DNA of 49,822 nucleotides from a bacterium (GCA_021158045.1 JAGGVK010000040.1:1-49822), one strand, 5' to 3'. Counted from the first letter of the stretch, positions 1 to 9,077 are shown. Numbers and translations are program-made. Notes: a model not told the origin generated them from the letters alone.

Positions 1-311
1 GCTTTAATCCCTTTGCCAAATATATTCAATACTTTCTGATTTCCAAAAATTTTCTCAATTTCTACTGCGTATTCTTCCAAAAGGCCACCAATCTTCTCCT
101 TTTCCTTGCTAAAAAACTCTTCTATTGTTTGAGGATGTTCTCTTGCCCACTTTGCTACTTCCTCAAGATATCCTGGAATATCCTGAGAGTGATTAGCAAT
201 CCAGCTTTTCACTTCCTGAGAATGTTGAATCAAATATTCAACTATCTTCTCAGGATTTTTTCTTGCGTATTTCTTAATCAATTTCCCAAAAATCTTTTCT
301 CTTAAACCCAT
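1..311 (-). CDS. Hypothetical protein, 5' part only (gene runs off the left edge of the window)
   Basis: Not in the ORF track because there is no stop in the window. Hand translation from ATG at 311-309 stays open for 103 codons to position 1 (MGLREKIFGKLIKKYARKNPEKIVEYLIQHSQEVKSWIANH...). A strong Shine-Dalgarno AAGGAGGTG (complement of 318-326) lies 6 nt upstream. No family recognised. Confidence 0.5.
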   Translation of the reverse strand, partial: MGLREKIFGKLIKKYARKNPEKIVEYLIQHSQEVKSWIANHSQDIPGYLEEVAKWAREHPQTIEEFFSKEKEKIGGLLEEYAVEIEKIFGNQKVLNIFGKGIK

Positions 312-565
312 TTCTAACACCTCCTTATAAAATTTTAAAAAGGGCTTATTATTCCATCTTAATATCAAATCCTCAAAAAACAAGCCAATCCTTGACATTA
401 ACGATATTATAACTTATTTATATATTATCATTTGCACTTTAGAAAATTTAAATGAGGCAAGTTTAATTTATCCTGCTAAAAAATTGCTCAGAATTTTAAA
501 GGAAGGAGGGATATAAAAATGAGAAATTTTAAAGGAATATTAGAGTTACCAATACTCTACTAAAA

Positions 566-981
566 ATGCTCAGAAAAGCGGAGGAAGCAATGAAAAACGC
601 CTATAACCCTTATTCGGGCTATTCGGTAGGCGCTTGCGCATTGTGCTCCGACCACAAAATGTTTGTGGGGACCAATGTAGAAAGCGCTGCTTACGGCTCT
701 TCTATTTGCGCTGAAAGAGCAGCAATCCTCAATGCTAACGCTGAAGGATGCGGAGATAAAATTGTAGCCATTGCCATTATAACAAAAGGCAAAAATACGA
801 CACAACCGATGTTAAAGAATCAGCCCCTTGCGGGGCTTACAGGTAAGTTATAGCAGAAATGGCAAAAAGGTTACACACAGACATAAAAATCATTATGTCA
901 ACGACACATATGGAGAAAATTATGGTTGCTAAAATTAGCGAACTTTTGCCCTTTGCTTTTGCTTTTGCTTTTCCTGAGTAG
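566..981 (+). pseudogene. cdd: Cytidine deaminase, disrupted (frameshift, in-frame TAA, loss of a zinc-ligand Cys)
   Basis: The ORF at 566-853 encodes the N-terminal half with ...AYNPYSGYSVGA...NVESAAYGSSICAERAAI... (CAE active-site motif). The expected C-terminal half is in another frame: APCGAYR*VIAEMAKRLHTDIKIIMSTTHMEKIMVAKISELLPFAF...* (823-981), matching the PCGxCRQ...ELLP.AF end of Cdd. Confidence 0.7.
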
Positions 982-982
982 T

Positions 983-2332
983 CTAAACTAATTTCCGGAA
1001 ATTCTCAAAAACGACTCTTCTGAAGAAAAAGGAGAACCGTTTTTTAAAAGTAGGGCGGAACTTCAAAATTTCAAACTCATCTGCCAATATATCAAGAAGC
1101 ATTTTGCAAAGGGGTTCTGCAATAAATCTTTCCATCTGCTGCCACCAAGCCAAAATTGGAAAAGCGCTATCCAAAACCCAATAGTTAAATGCTTGGAAGA
1201 AAAGCATTAGCCAATAAACCTGGCTGACAAACCTTCCTTCTTTGCTCAATTTTCTCTTGCATTCATCCCATAGATTAATAATAAGCATTTTATCACCGGA
1301 ACTAATGCCAAATAATAATTTTTTCAAGGCTCTCTCCTCTGCTGCATAGTCCTCTAAAAAACGCTTTTCTTTCTCTTCCTCTGTAAATTTTGGCCATTTT
1401 CCCAAAACAGCGTCTCTTTGAACTTTTCTTTTAGGGAGAATGTTCTCATAAGGTGTGCGGTCTTTAGTATAAACTTTGCATAACTCAAAAGATAAGGACA
1501 TTTTAAGCATCTTCTCTAAATCCAATTCCTTCTTCTTAGAACCCAACACCCAAACAGCAACTGCCAACAAAAAACTATCCTCAGAAACAGTGCTGCCTTG
1601 AGTAATGCCTCTTAAAATCCACCCTTTTCTTACCATTGTTTTTAACTCTCCAATTTTCACAAAGAAATTGAGAGATGAACTTAATGAATTTCCAGAAACT
1701 GGTTTTTTCTTTAGAAACTTCGATTCTATTATTCCTTCAAATTCCAACAGCAAAGAATCGTCTAAACACTCCTTTATCCATCTTGTCCAAACCTTAAGAT
1801 TAATCTTTTTATATTTTTCCCAATACTCCATTGCCTGCAGAAATGTTTCTAATTTGTCCAACTGCCAAACAAACCGAGCTTCTTTTGTTAATCCCCTTTT
1901 AAACTCAAGCCACAGCTCCATCATCTCTTTCCCTAAAGCCGGTGATAAGTAAGAGGTGAGCTTTTTCATACCTGTATATTCCTCCCTCCATTTTGCTTTT
2001 GTCTTCTTTCTTTTTTGAGACAAATAAAGTTGGGGCCATTTTTCTAAAACAGGCTTTACTTTTTCATATTTAGAAAGGTTGCGAGGCAAGAGAGGGTCGT
2101 AAGGGGTAAAATCAAAAGCATAAACTTCCGGCAAATCGTGCACTAACGCAAGTTTAATAAGCCTTTTCCTTGAAAGTTTCTTTTTCTTGCCAAGAATCCA
2201 AGCCATTATTGCTAAACGGAAAATATGAGAGGCTGTAGTTTCTGGGTTAGGAATTTGATTCGCTAACCATTTTCTTCTTTTTGCTTCTTTAAGTTTGGAA
2301 ACTTCATTAAAAAATCTAAGTAGTTTTTTCAT
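983..2332 (-). CDS. Tandem HD-domain protein (YfbR-like 5'-deoxynucleotidase fold); N-terminal domain intact, C-terminal copy lacks the metal ligands
   Basis: The N-terminal half has ETTASHIFRLAIMAW, LVHDLPEVYAFDFTPYD and QLDKLE (H / HD / D pattern). Residues ~225-449 repeat the architecture (STVSEDSFLLAVAVWVLG, LSFELCKVYTKDRTPYE, SQVYWLM) with the ligands substituted. Confidence 0.75.
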   Translation of the reverse strand: MKKLLRFFNEVSKLKEAKRRKWLANQIPNPETTASHIFRLAIMAWILGKKKKLSRKRLIKLALVHDLPEVYAFDFTPYDPLLPRNLSKYEKVKPVLEKWPQLYLSQKRKKTKAKWREEYTGMKKLTSYLSPALGKEMMELWLEFKRGLTKEARFVWQLDKLETFLQAMEYWEKYKKINLKVWTRWIKECLDDSLLLEFEGIIESKFLKKKPVSGNSLSSSLNFFVKIGELKTMVRKGWILRGITQGSTVSEDSFLLAVAVWVLGSKKKELDLEKMLKMSLSFELCKVYTKDRTPYENILPKRKVQRDAVLGKWPKFTEEEKEKRFLEDYAAEERALKKLLFGISSGDKMLIINLWDECKRKLSKEGRFVSQVYWLMLFFQAFNYWVLDSAFPILAWWQQMERFIAEPLCKMLLDILADEFEILKFRPTFKKRFSFFFRRVVFENFRKLV

Positions 2333-2354
2333 AAATCACAATATCGCGTATTAA

Positions 2355-2375
2355 AAAAGGAGCTGAGCTCCTTTT
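2355..2375 (-). terminator. Hairpin plus T-run downstream of greA (possible intrinsic terminator)
   Basis: AAAAGGAGC-tga-GCTCCTTTT is a perfect 9-bp stem. On the minus strand it is followed by a T-run. It sits between the greA stop (2379) and the start of the next gene (2332). Confidence 0.4.
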
Positions 2376-2378
2376 GTG

Positions 2379-2843
2379 TTAGTATTTAATCTGTTTAATT
2401 TTATAGACTGTTTTAGATGGAGATTGCACGATTACTTCATCGCCAACTTTGTGGTTTAGGATAGCCTTGCCAACTGGGGACTCATTAGAAATTTTACCGG
2501 CTGAAGGATTAGCCTCTACAGTGCCTACAATAGTAAATTCATCTATCTCGTTGTCAACCTCAACAGTAACTCTAGCCCCAAGTTGAACCTTGTCTCTTTC
2601 TTTCTTAGGAGGTGCTTTAATAATTGAAGCATGCTTCAAAATATTTTCTAATTCCCGCAAACGCCCTTCCAAATACTCTTCGTTCTCCTGAAAACTTATA
2701 TATTCGGCATCTAACTCATCAGAATGCAAAAATTGGGGCGCCTCTTTCTTTTGAGCCTGATACATTTTCATTAATCTCTGGTACTCTTTTTTAACCCATT
2801 TTAATCCCTGTTTAGTGAGATAAAAACGCCGAGGTTGAGACAT
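2379..2843 (-). CDS. greA: Transcription elongation factor GreA
   Basis: 154 aa. It has an N-terminal coiled coil (LEGRLRELENIL) and a C-terminal GreA/GreB domain (GKISNESPVGKAILNHKVGDEVIV...YKI). Confidence 0.9.
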   Translation of the reverse strand: MSQPRRFYLTKQGLKWVKKEYQRLMKMYQAQKKEAPQFLHSDELDAEYISFQENEEYLEGRLRELENILKHASIIKAPPKKERDKVQLGARVTVEVDNEIDEFTIVGTVEANPSAGKISNESPVGKAILNHKVGDEVIVQSPSKTVYKIKQIKY

Positions 2844-2887
2844 ACAAAGGAAGTTTATATTTTATCCTAACCATTCTAAACAACTTG

Positions 2888-4360
2888 TCAACATCTCAAA
2901 GCTTTCCTCACAATTCTAGGACCTTGAGGGGTATCTTCTAAATAAATCCCTGCTTTATTTAAAATAGTTCTCAGTTGGTCCGCTAATTGATATTCGCCTT
3001 TCTCTCTTAACTTCTCCCTTAATTCCAACAATTCCCCAATAACACCCTGAGAGATATTCAACCCCTTTGGCTCTGGCTTTTCTTTCTCTTTTAAAACAGC
3101 AAAAATACTGTCAACATCATTTAAAAAATCTATAATTTCCTTAGCATTTCTCTTGGAAATGGTTTTTTTAAGGCTAAGTTTATTAACTTGAGAAATATAG
3201 CTTAAAAGGCACGCTAAAGCCTCGGGAGTATTAAAGTCGTCTTGCATAGACTTAACAAAACCATTCTTTGCTTGTTTTGTTAACAAAGACAAAGATTTGC
3301 TATATTTCCCTTCTGCTTTACCATAGAAATTTTTAATCATATCCCAGAATTTATTTACTTTCTCCACATTTTTATAAGCAGATATAATAGTTGACTTCGT
3401 ATAATTCAGCGGCTTCCGATAGTGATTTTGCACAACTAACATTCTCACTGTTTCAGGCGAATAATCCTTAAGTATTTCTTTAATAGTTATAAAGTTGCCC
3501 TTAGACTTTGACATTTTTTGGCCATTAACATTTAAAAGGCCTGTATGGAGAAAGTAACGGACAAATTTTTTGTCTTTAAGCGCTTCCGCTTGCAAAATTT
3601 CACACTCATGATGCAACATAGCATGTTCTATCCCCCCTCCATGAATATCAAAAGGCTGCCCCAGATACTTAGTTGACATTACCGTACATTCAATATGCCA
3701 CCCAGGAAAACCCTTCCCCCAGGGACTCTGCCACTGCATAATATGTTCTTTGGTGGCTTTTTTCCATAAGGCAAAATCATAAGGTTTTTTCTTCCCCGGC
3801 GCTACTTTATTTCTTACCCCAGCTAATTGTTTTTTTATCTTGCGATGAGATAGTTTACCAAAGTCAGTCCTTTTATGAGTTCTTAAAAATTCATCAACAT
3901 CAAAATAGACGTTGCCCTCAAATTCATAAGCGTGCCCTTTATCTAAAATAGTTTTTACAGCCTCAATAATTTCTACAATATGGCCAGTTGCACGAGGAGA
4001 AATATTTGGCCTTTTTATTTTTAGAGCGTCATAATCCTCCCACATATTTCTAATATAAAAATCGGCAAGCTCCATAGGGGCAAGTTTTCTCTCTTTGGCT
4101 CTCTTTTCTATTTTGTCTTCTCCAATATCGGCATCATTTACAATATGCCCGACATCAGTAATGTTAGAAATATAAAAAACATTGTATCCCTCATAAGCCA
4201 AATACCTTCTAATAATGTCAAAGGAAATAGCTGTCTTGGCATGCCCAATATGGCAGTAATCATAAACAGTAGGACCGCAAACATACATCCCAACAAAATT
4301 CTTGTGCAAGGGCTCAAATTTCTCCTTTTTTCTATGTAAAGTATTGTAAACTCTCAACAT
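2888..4360 (-). CDS. cysS: Cysteine--tRNA ligase
   Basis: Class I motifs are CGPTVYDYCHIGHAKT (HIGH) and KMSKSKGN (KMSKS). The start is moved from the ORF-track start (4444, non-ATG) to Met29 (MLRVYNTLHRKKEKFEPL), computed from the track. It may be off by 1 nt. Confidence 0.93.
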   Translation of the reverse strand: MLRVYNTLHRKKEKFEPLHKNFVGMYVCGPTVYDYCHIGHAKTAISFDIIRRYLAYEGYNVFYISNITDVGHIVNDADIGEDKIEKRAKERKLAPMELADFYIRNMWEDYDALKIKRPNISPRATGHIVEIIEAVKTILDKGHAYEFEGNVYFDVDEFLRTHKRTDFGKLSHRKIKKQLAGVRNKVAPGKKKPYDFALWKKATKEHIMQWQSPWGKGFPGWHIECTVMSTKYLGQPFDIHGGGIEHAMLHHECEILQAEALKDKKFVRYFLHTGLLNVNGQKMSKSKGNFITIKEILKDYSPETVRMLVVQNHYRKPLNYTKSTIISAYKNVEKVNKFWDMIKNFYGKAEGKYSKSLSLLTKQAKNGFVKSMQDDFNTPEALACLLSYISQVNKLSLKKTISKRNAKEIIDFLNDVDSIFAVLKEKEKPEPKGLNISQGVIGELLELREKLREKGEYQLADQLRTILNKAGIYLEDTPQGPRIVRKALRC

Positions 4361-4475
4361 ATTCCATAAGAGAACAAAGTTAAACAGAAACTTGTTCTCT
4401 TTTTGCAAAACTATTAACCTTAAAAATAAGATTAAAAACCACAAATAAGATTACCAAACTGCTTTTGCAAACAAA

Positions 4476-5057
4476 TTACCTTTTATATATGCCAACTAAC
4501 TCGGCTTTGTCCAAAATATGACCTTCTATTGCTTCTTTGACTTCTGTGAAGCTTGCTGAGGGCACTATGTCCAAAACTCTATCTAAAGCATAAAGCCTGA
4601 AGAAATAATGATGTAAACCAACATTTTTAGGAGGGCACGGGCCTCCCCACCCTTTCTTGCCAAAATCGGTTATGCCCTGGACGGCTCTTTCTGGCATATT
4701 GCTTTCTTGAATCTCTTTTGTTTCAGGGGGAATATTCCAAAGAAGCCAATGCAAAAAACTTCTTCCGGGAGCATCAGGGTCTTCAACGATTAAAACTAAA
4801 CTCTTCGCTTCCAAGGGGACCTTGCTAATTTTCAAAGGCGGATTAATATCCTCTCCGTCACAAGTATATTTTGAAGGAATATTTCCATTGTTTTTAAAAG
4901 CCGGACTTTCAATTTCCATAATTTTAGGCAATTCCTTAAATTCCTCTTTCAAAAAGAAGTTAGAGGAATTCCCTCGCGACCTTTGAAAAAAATGCCAAAA
5001 CGTAAAGGCAACAAGAAATACAATTAATCCAACCAGAATAAGAATTATTAGTTTCAT
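4476..5057 (-). CDS. YbhB/YbcL family (PEBP / Raf-kinase-inhibitor-like) protein with N-terminal membrane anchor
   Basis: Motifs: IVEDPDAPGRSFLHWLLWNIP, GWGGPCPP and HHYFFRLYALD. There is a hydrophobic N-terminus (MKLIILILVGLIVFLVAFTFW). Confidence 0.85.
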   Translation of the reverse strand: MKLIILILVGLIVFLVAFTFWHFFQRSRGNSSNFFLKEEFKELPKIMEIESPAFKNNGNIPSKYTCDGEDINPPLKISKVPLEAKSLVLIVEDPDAPGRSFLHWLLWNIPPETKEIQESNMPERAVQGITDFGKKGWGGPCPPKNVGLHHYFFRLYALDRVLDIVPSASFTEVKEAIEGHILDKAELVGIYKR

Positions 5058-5078
5058 AGAATATGTTGTTACTTTCTA

Positions 5079-5324
5079 TCAGTTATATTTATTTTGGCTC
5101 TTTTCCAATAAAATATCAAATATTTTATTTTTGCTTCTAAACCCTCTCACTAACCTTACCTTAGAGCGGGGAACTTTAAAATATTCAGCCAAAATCTCGC
5201 TTCCTCTCCGAGTGGCTTTTCCTTGAATTGGTTTTTCTTTAACTCTAACCTCAAAAGAAGAGTTGCTTTTCTTAACAACCCCTTCCTTCTTAGAATTAGG
5301 AAGAAACTTTACTTTGACAAGCAT
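5079..5324 (-). CDS. DUF167 (YggU-like) protein
   Basis: 81 aa. The pattern VKVKFLPNSKKEGV...FEVRVKEKPIQGKATRRGSEILAEYFKVPRSKVRLVRGFRSKNKIFDI resembles the YggU fold signature (GKAN-like GKAT, G..S..K). Confidence 0.65.
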   Translation of the reverse strand: MLVKVKFLPNSKKEGVVKKSNSSFEVRVKEKPIQGKATRRGSEILAEYFKVPRSKVRLVRGFRSKNKIFDILLEKSQNKYN

Positions 5325-5390
5325 AGATATTTTTTACCAAAACTGCCTTTACATTATTATTTATTTCCAGGTTCAGAAAAACATACCAAC

Positions 5391-6527
5391 TTAACCTCTT
5401 ATATAATATACAATCTGAACTACAGCGCCGACGCTAAAAACAATCGGAACCAAATAGACTAAAAATTTGGGCACCCTTAAATTATATTCTGGTATCCTAT
5501 CACCTTGATTTTTTGCTTTTTTAAAGGAAAAAGAAATAATTGCACCTTCCACCACCCCCATAAAAGCACCAATAAAAGAAACAATTGGTAAAAACTCTCT
5601 TAGCCCCAACAGAAACAAGAAAAGAGGGGTAAAAGTGGCTACAATAAACGCTGTTATGCGCGGAAAATGATAATCAAAAACTAAAGCATTTTTAAGATAG
5701 TTTGCTAAGATAAGGAAAGATGTTGAAACGCAAAAAAGGCCAAAAAGACCGCCAAGGAACATAATCTTTCTTCCTAAAATAGGTGCTAATCCTTCAAAAG
5801 CTTCCTTTGTGGTAAACTTCCCAGTAACGCCACTGATAATTAAGCCGAATAGAAAGTAAAAGCACACAGAAATTAACATTCCCCAAATTATCACTTTTTT
5901 AAGGTCTTTTTTATGCAATAGAAGTTTCTCAATTTCAGGTATAGCATTCCATCCAACCAAACTAAAAAGAACAATGCCGTAAGGCAAAAAAAGATGGTGC
6001 CGATTAAACAAAACAAGGTTTGAGAGATGAATTTTGGGCAAACTGTAAAAGAAAATTATAGCACAGACAATAAAAAAGGCAGTGTTTATTAAAAGTTCTA
6101 CTGGGGCAATCGACTTAATTCCCAAGAGAACTAAAAAAGACAGAAAAAGCCAAAAAAGCAAGCTGAATTGAAAGGAAGAAATTTGGGAAGGAAAACTAAT
6201 TTTCAAAAAACTTCCTCCCAAAATAATATAAACTACCAAAGCGCCGATAGTTCCTGAAATCATTGTCAATGTTTCCAATATTTTTGCCTTTTTGCCTAAA
6301 TATTTTTCAGCATAACCAATCAAACGGTGTTTTTCTTTTGTGCGCAGGACTACCTCTCCAAAAAAAAGGGTCAAAAAAAGAACAACAGTTCCCAAAACCA
6401 AAAAGTAAAAAGCAGAAGTCAAAACTCCGCTTTGAAAAGTCATATAAGGCACAGCAAAAACCCCTGCTCCAATAATCGTTCCAATAAAAGAAGCCAACGC
6501 CAAAATAAAACTAGATATCCTTCTCAT
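5391..6527 (-). CDS. Amino-acid permease (Aa_trans / Trp-Tyr permease-like), about 11 TM segments
   Basis: 378 aa and polytopic. The N-terminal FIGTIIGAGVFAVPY motif is typical of this transporter superfamily. Confidence 0.65.
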   Translation of the reverse strand: MRRISSFILALASFIGTIIGAGVFAVPYMTFQSGVLTSAFYFLVLGTVVLFLTLFFGEVVLRTKEKHRLIGYAEKYLGKKAKILETLTMISGTIGALVVYIILGGSFLKISFPSQISSFQFSLLFWLFLSFLVLLGIKSIAPVELLINTAFFIVCAIIFFYSLPKIHLSNLVLFNRHHLFLPYGIVLFSLVGWNAIPEIEKLLLHKKDLKKVIIWGMLISVCFYFLFGLIISGVTGKFTTKEAFEGLAPILGRKIMFLGGLFGLFCVSTSFLILANYLKNALVFDYHFPRITAFIVATFTPLFLFLLGLREFLPIVSFIGAFMGVVEGAIISFSFKKAKNQGDRIPEYNLRVPKFLVYLVPIVFSVGAVVQIVYYIRG

Positions 6528-6535
6528 AAAAATTA

Positions 6536-7021
6536 CTATTTTTTACCATCTTGGGTAGGAGGAATTTTATGGAACAAATTCTCCTCAATTAACCTAAAAG
6601 TTGCTAAAATTCCTAGCGTTAAAGAAGTAGCCGCAATTGCCAAAACATACAACCTCAATCCTACTGCAATACCAATAGCAGCTGAGGTCCACAAAGCAGC
6701 AGCAGTGGTAAGCCCTTCAACTTGGGCTTTGCGGTATATAATAATTCCTGAACCAATAAAGCCAATCCCTATTGCTACCGCCTGTATAACTCTTCCAGGG
6801 TCAACTTGCACAAAAGAACGAAGATAGAAAAAATAATGAGAGCTTAACCAGATGCTTAGCGAAGTAAAAAGCGAAGAAGCTAAACAAACTAAAGAGAAAG
6901 TTTTCAATCCAGCTTCTTTTCTTTTATACTCTCTTTCTAAACCAACCAATCCTCCTAAAAGAGCCGCTAAAAAAAGCTGCAAGATTAATTGAAATTGTGA
7001 AATATCAAAAAACATATCCAT
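6536..7021 (-). CDS. MgtC/SapB family membrane protein
   Basis: LLGGLVGLEREYKRKEAGLKTFSLVCLAS is the MgtC signature. The start is moved to Met18 (MDMFFDISQ...). The upstream extension to 7072 is unsupported. Confidence 0.8.
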   Translation of the reverse strand: MDMFFDISQFQLILQLFLAALLGGLVGLEREYKRKEAGLKTFSLVCLASSLFTSLSIWLSSHYFFYLRSFVQVDPGRVIQAVAIGIGFIGSGIIIYRKAQVEGLTTAAALWTSAAIGIAVGLRLYVLAIAATSLTLGILATFRLIEENLFHKIPPTQDGKK

Positions 7022-7094
7022 CAACGAATATACAAATCTCTTGCGAATATGCGAATATTCGTAAATTCGCACTGATTAGCAAATTCGTTGACAA

Positions 7095-7361
7095 TTACAC
7101 TTTATATACCCTGTACCCTTCTCTGACTTTCTCCTTTACTTTTAAGCCAATTTCGTTGCCTTTCTTTGCTCTTTTTATCTTTTTGTGCTCAACCTCCATA
7201 GAAGAAACTTTTTGCTTAAATTCTGTTGACTCTCCACCCTCAATTCTAATTTCATCTCCTATTTTCAAAGGAGAACTCAATTTTACTACTGCCACGCCAA
7301 TTTGCCCAAAATAGTGCGTTATTTTACCAATGGGTTTATCTTTTTTTAGGTTCTTAGGCAT
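7095..7361 (-). CDS. Small EF-Tu domain-2-like beta-barrel protein (function unknown)
   Basis: 88 aa. GKITHYFGQIGVAVVKLSSPLKIGDEIRIEG...EIGLKV...VREGYRVYKV resembles translation-factor domain II-like small proteins. The assignment is tentative. Confidence 0.45.
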   Translation of the reverse strand: MPKNLKKDKPIGKITHYFGQIGVAVVKLSSPLKIGDEIRIEGGESTEFKQKVSSMEVEHKKIKRAKKGNEIGLKVKEKVREGYRVYKV

Positions 7362-7505
7362 AGTATAAATAACTTAGCCCAACGACCTTTCATTAGTTAT
7401 TTATCTTAACAAATTATCTAAGAGATTAAAAGCGCAGCGCATTCAACGCTTTAAAACCTCCACTGCTTCAAAAACGGCGCCTAAATTCTTACTGGCAGCC
7501 TTATG

Positions 7506-8795
7506 CTAAGAAAACAGCGTTCTTTGGCTATTATTTTTGCTATTATTCTTTGCTGCTTGAGAAAATATTCTTACTTTTCCATAAACACCATCGTAACCGG
7601 GCTCAACTTCAACTTTCCCTTGCCTCACCCACAACACACCTTCAACAATTTCGGGTAGAGTAATTGATTTAAGCTCAGAATCAGGAGTTTCAAGAAGAAT
7701 CTTTAATTCAGAACCAACTTTTTCAATTAGCCGCTGATATTCTCTGTCAACGCTTTTTGTGGCAACCCCAACTCCTAAAACTTCAGAAATAATTTCTTTC
7801 AAGGGCACTAAACTTTTGTAGGGAATCACCCCTTTTGGCTTAAATCCTTGGGGCCTGTCAGCTAATTGTTCAATTCTATTGGAAACTCCTATAGTCAAAG
7901 GCTTACCGCAAACTGGACAAATGCCATTATACTTTTTGGTTTCTTGCGGCGAAAGGGAAATCCCGCAATTTCGGTGTCCGTCATAATAATATTTTCCCTC
8001 TTCAGGATAAAATTCAATAGTATATAAAAGCCTCTTTGGGTCTTTTGACTTTATTGCTTCAACAATACCCTGATAACTTAATTCCGCATCAAAAACATTT
8101 GCTTCTCTGGCAATATGAGAAGGAGAATGAGCATCAGAATTCGAGATTAAGGTAATCCTGTCTAAACTTGAATTTCTCCAACTCATTGGAGGAGAGGAAG
8201 ACAATCCTGTTTCCCCAGCATATATATATTTTGAATAGTCTTCAAAACATTCTTCAATAGAATCAAAACCAGACTTTGAGCCAAATAGAGAAAACCACGG
8301 AGTGTAAAGATGGCACGGAACAATCAAACATTGGGAGTTAATACCCAAAACAATTTTCGCCAATTCTTTAGCGTCTAACCCCAAAGTAGGCCTACCGTCT
8401 GCTTTTAAGTTGCCAACCCAACTTAAATGGGTGTTAATTTTCTCTACTGTCTGAAAATCAGGAGCTAAAACCAAAATGTGAATTTTGCGCACTTTGCCGT
8501 TTTTGGAGTAAACGCAACTAATTTCTGTTGTCAAAATAAACCGTGTTTTCTGCTTAGAACATGGAGTTTGAGATCCAGAATCTGGAATCTGAAATTTAAG
8601 TTTGTACAATCCTGGTTCTGCTGGTTCTAATTTTCCTTTTAAATTCCCAAGCCATTGAGGATGGGTAAAATCGCCTGTGCCCAAAACATCAACTCCTTTT
8701 ATTCGAGCCCATTTGTCTAAGTTCTCTAAGTCTGACTGAGGAGAAGTAGCCCGTGAATATTTCGAGTGAATGTGAAAATCAGCAATAAACTTCAT
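7506..8795 (-). CDS. PHP-domain nuclease, endonuclease Q (EndoQ)-like
   Basis: It has an N-terminal PHP motif FIADFHIHSKYSRATS, an internal zinc finger CPVCGKPLTIGV and a C-terminal PGYDGVYGKV. This arrangement matches my recollection of the EndoQ family. Confidence 0.65.
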   Translation of the reverse strand: MKFIADFHIHSKYSRATSPQSDLENLDKWARIKGVDVLGTGDFTHPQWLGNLKGKLEPAEPGLYKLKFQIPDSGSQTPCSKQKTRFILTTEISCVYSKNGKVRKIHILVLAPDFQTVEKINTHLSWVGNLKADGRPTLGLDAKELAKIVLGINSQCLIVPCHLYTPWFSLFGSKSGFDSIEECFEDYSKYIYAGETGLSSSPPMSWRNSSLDRITLISNSDAHSPSHIAREANVFDAELSYQGIVEAIKSKDPKRLLYTIEFYPEEGKYYYDGHRNCGISLSPQETKKYNGICPVCGKPLTIGVSNRIEQLADRPQGFKPKGVIPYKSLVPLKEIISEVLGVGVATKSVDREYQRLIEKVGSELKILLETPDSELKSITLPEIVEGVLWVRQGKVEVEPGYDGVYGKVRIFSQAAKNNSKNNSQRTLFS

Positions 8796-9005
8796 TTATC
8801 TCCCTTTCGCTCTCATCTTTCTCTCACCTCTTTTTTCTCTATCTTAAGAAGGGAAAATAAAGTAAAGACAGTTAATTGCCTTTCCCTTCTTTGCGGGGGA
8901 GGATTAAGATAAAAGCGATTCTTTAATCTAAAAAATTAAAAATTGCTTCTTGCTTTTTTTATTTTTGCTTTTGCTTTAGATGCAACTTGCATTTGCTCTC
9001 TCAAG

Positions 9006-9077
9006 TGCCCTTGGCGGGAATCGAACCCACATTTCAGGTTCCGGAAACCTGCGTTTTATCCATTAAACCACAAGGGC
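9006..9077 (-). tRNA. tRNA-Arg (anticodon CCG)
   Basis: Hand-folded cloverleaf: acceptor GCCCTTG/CAAGGGC, anticodon stem CAGGT/ACCTG with loop TTCCGGA, T-arm GTGGG-TTCGATT-CCCGC. No encoded CCA. Confidence 0.85.

Noticed and set aside
392-420. TTGACA-17-TATTTA as a promoter for cdd
   Set aside because: The -35 is perfect, but the -10 lacks the critical final T and matches only 3 of 6 positions. Such matches are expected by chance in this AT-rich spacer, and the downstream gene is a pseudogene.
844-846. In-frame TAA in cdd and in-frame TAG at 42271-42273, considered as evidence for stop-codon reassignment
   Set aside because: TAA, TAG and TGA each terminate several full-length, well-conserved genes in this window at the expected C-termini (for example greA TAA, the HD gene TAG, cysS and gyrA TGA). 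Both affected genes carry other signs of decay, so pseudogenisation is the simpler reading.
4361-4444. N-terminal extensions offered by the ORF track (cysS 4361-4444; ligA 17898-17963; recG 30895-30993; pilX-like 18358-18486; MgtC 7022-7072; Elp3 9801-9830; S1 46280-46297; methyltransferase 41908-41928)
   Set aside because: The extensions begin at non-ATG codons, add non-conserved hydrophobic or junk residues ahead of a Met that matches the family N-terminus, and in one case (recG) would translate through a tRNA gene.
6327-6827. 166-aa plus-strand ORF (also 6263-6475) rich in K/S/N/Q
   Set aside because: It lies antisense across two well-supported minus-strand membrane-protein genes (permease and MgtC). 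It has low-complexity composition, no RBS and no recognisable motif. It is an artefact of an AT-rich antisense frame.
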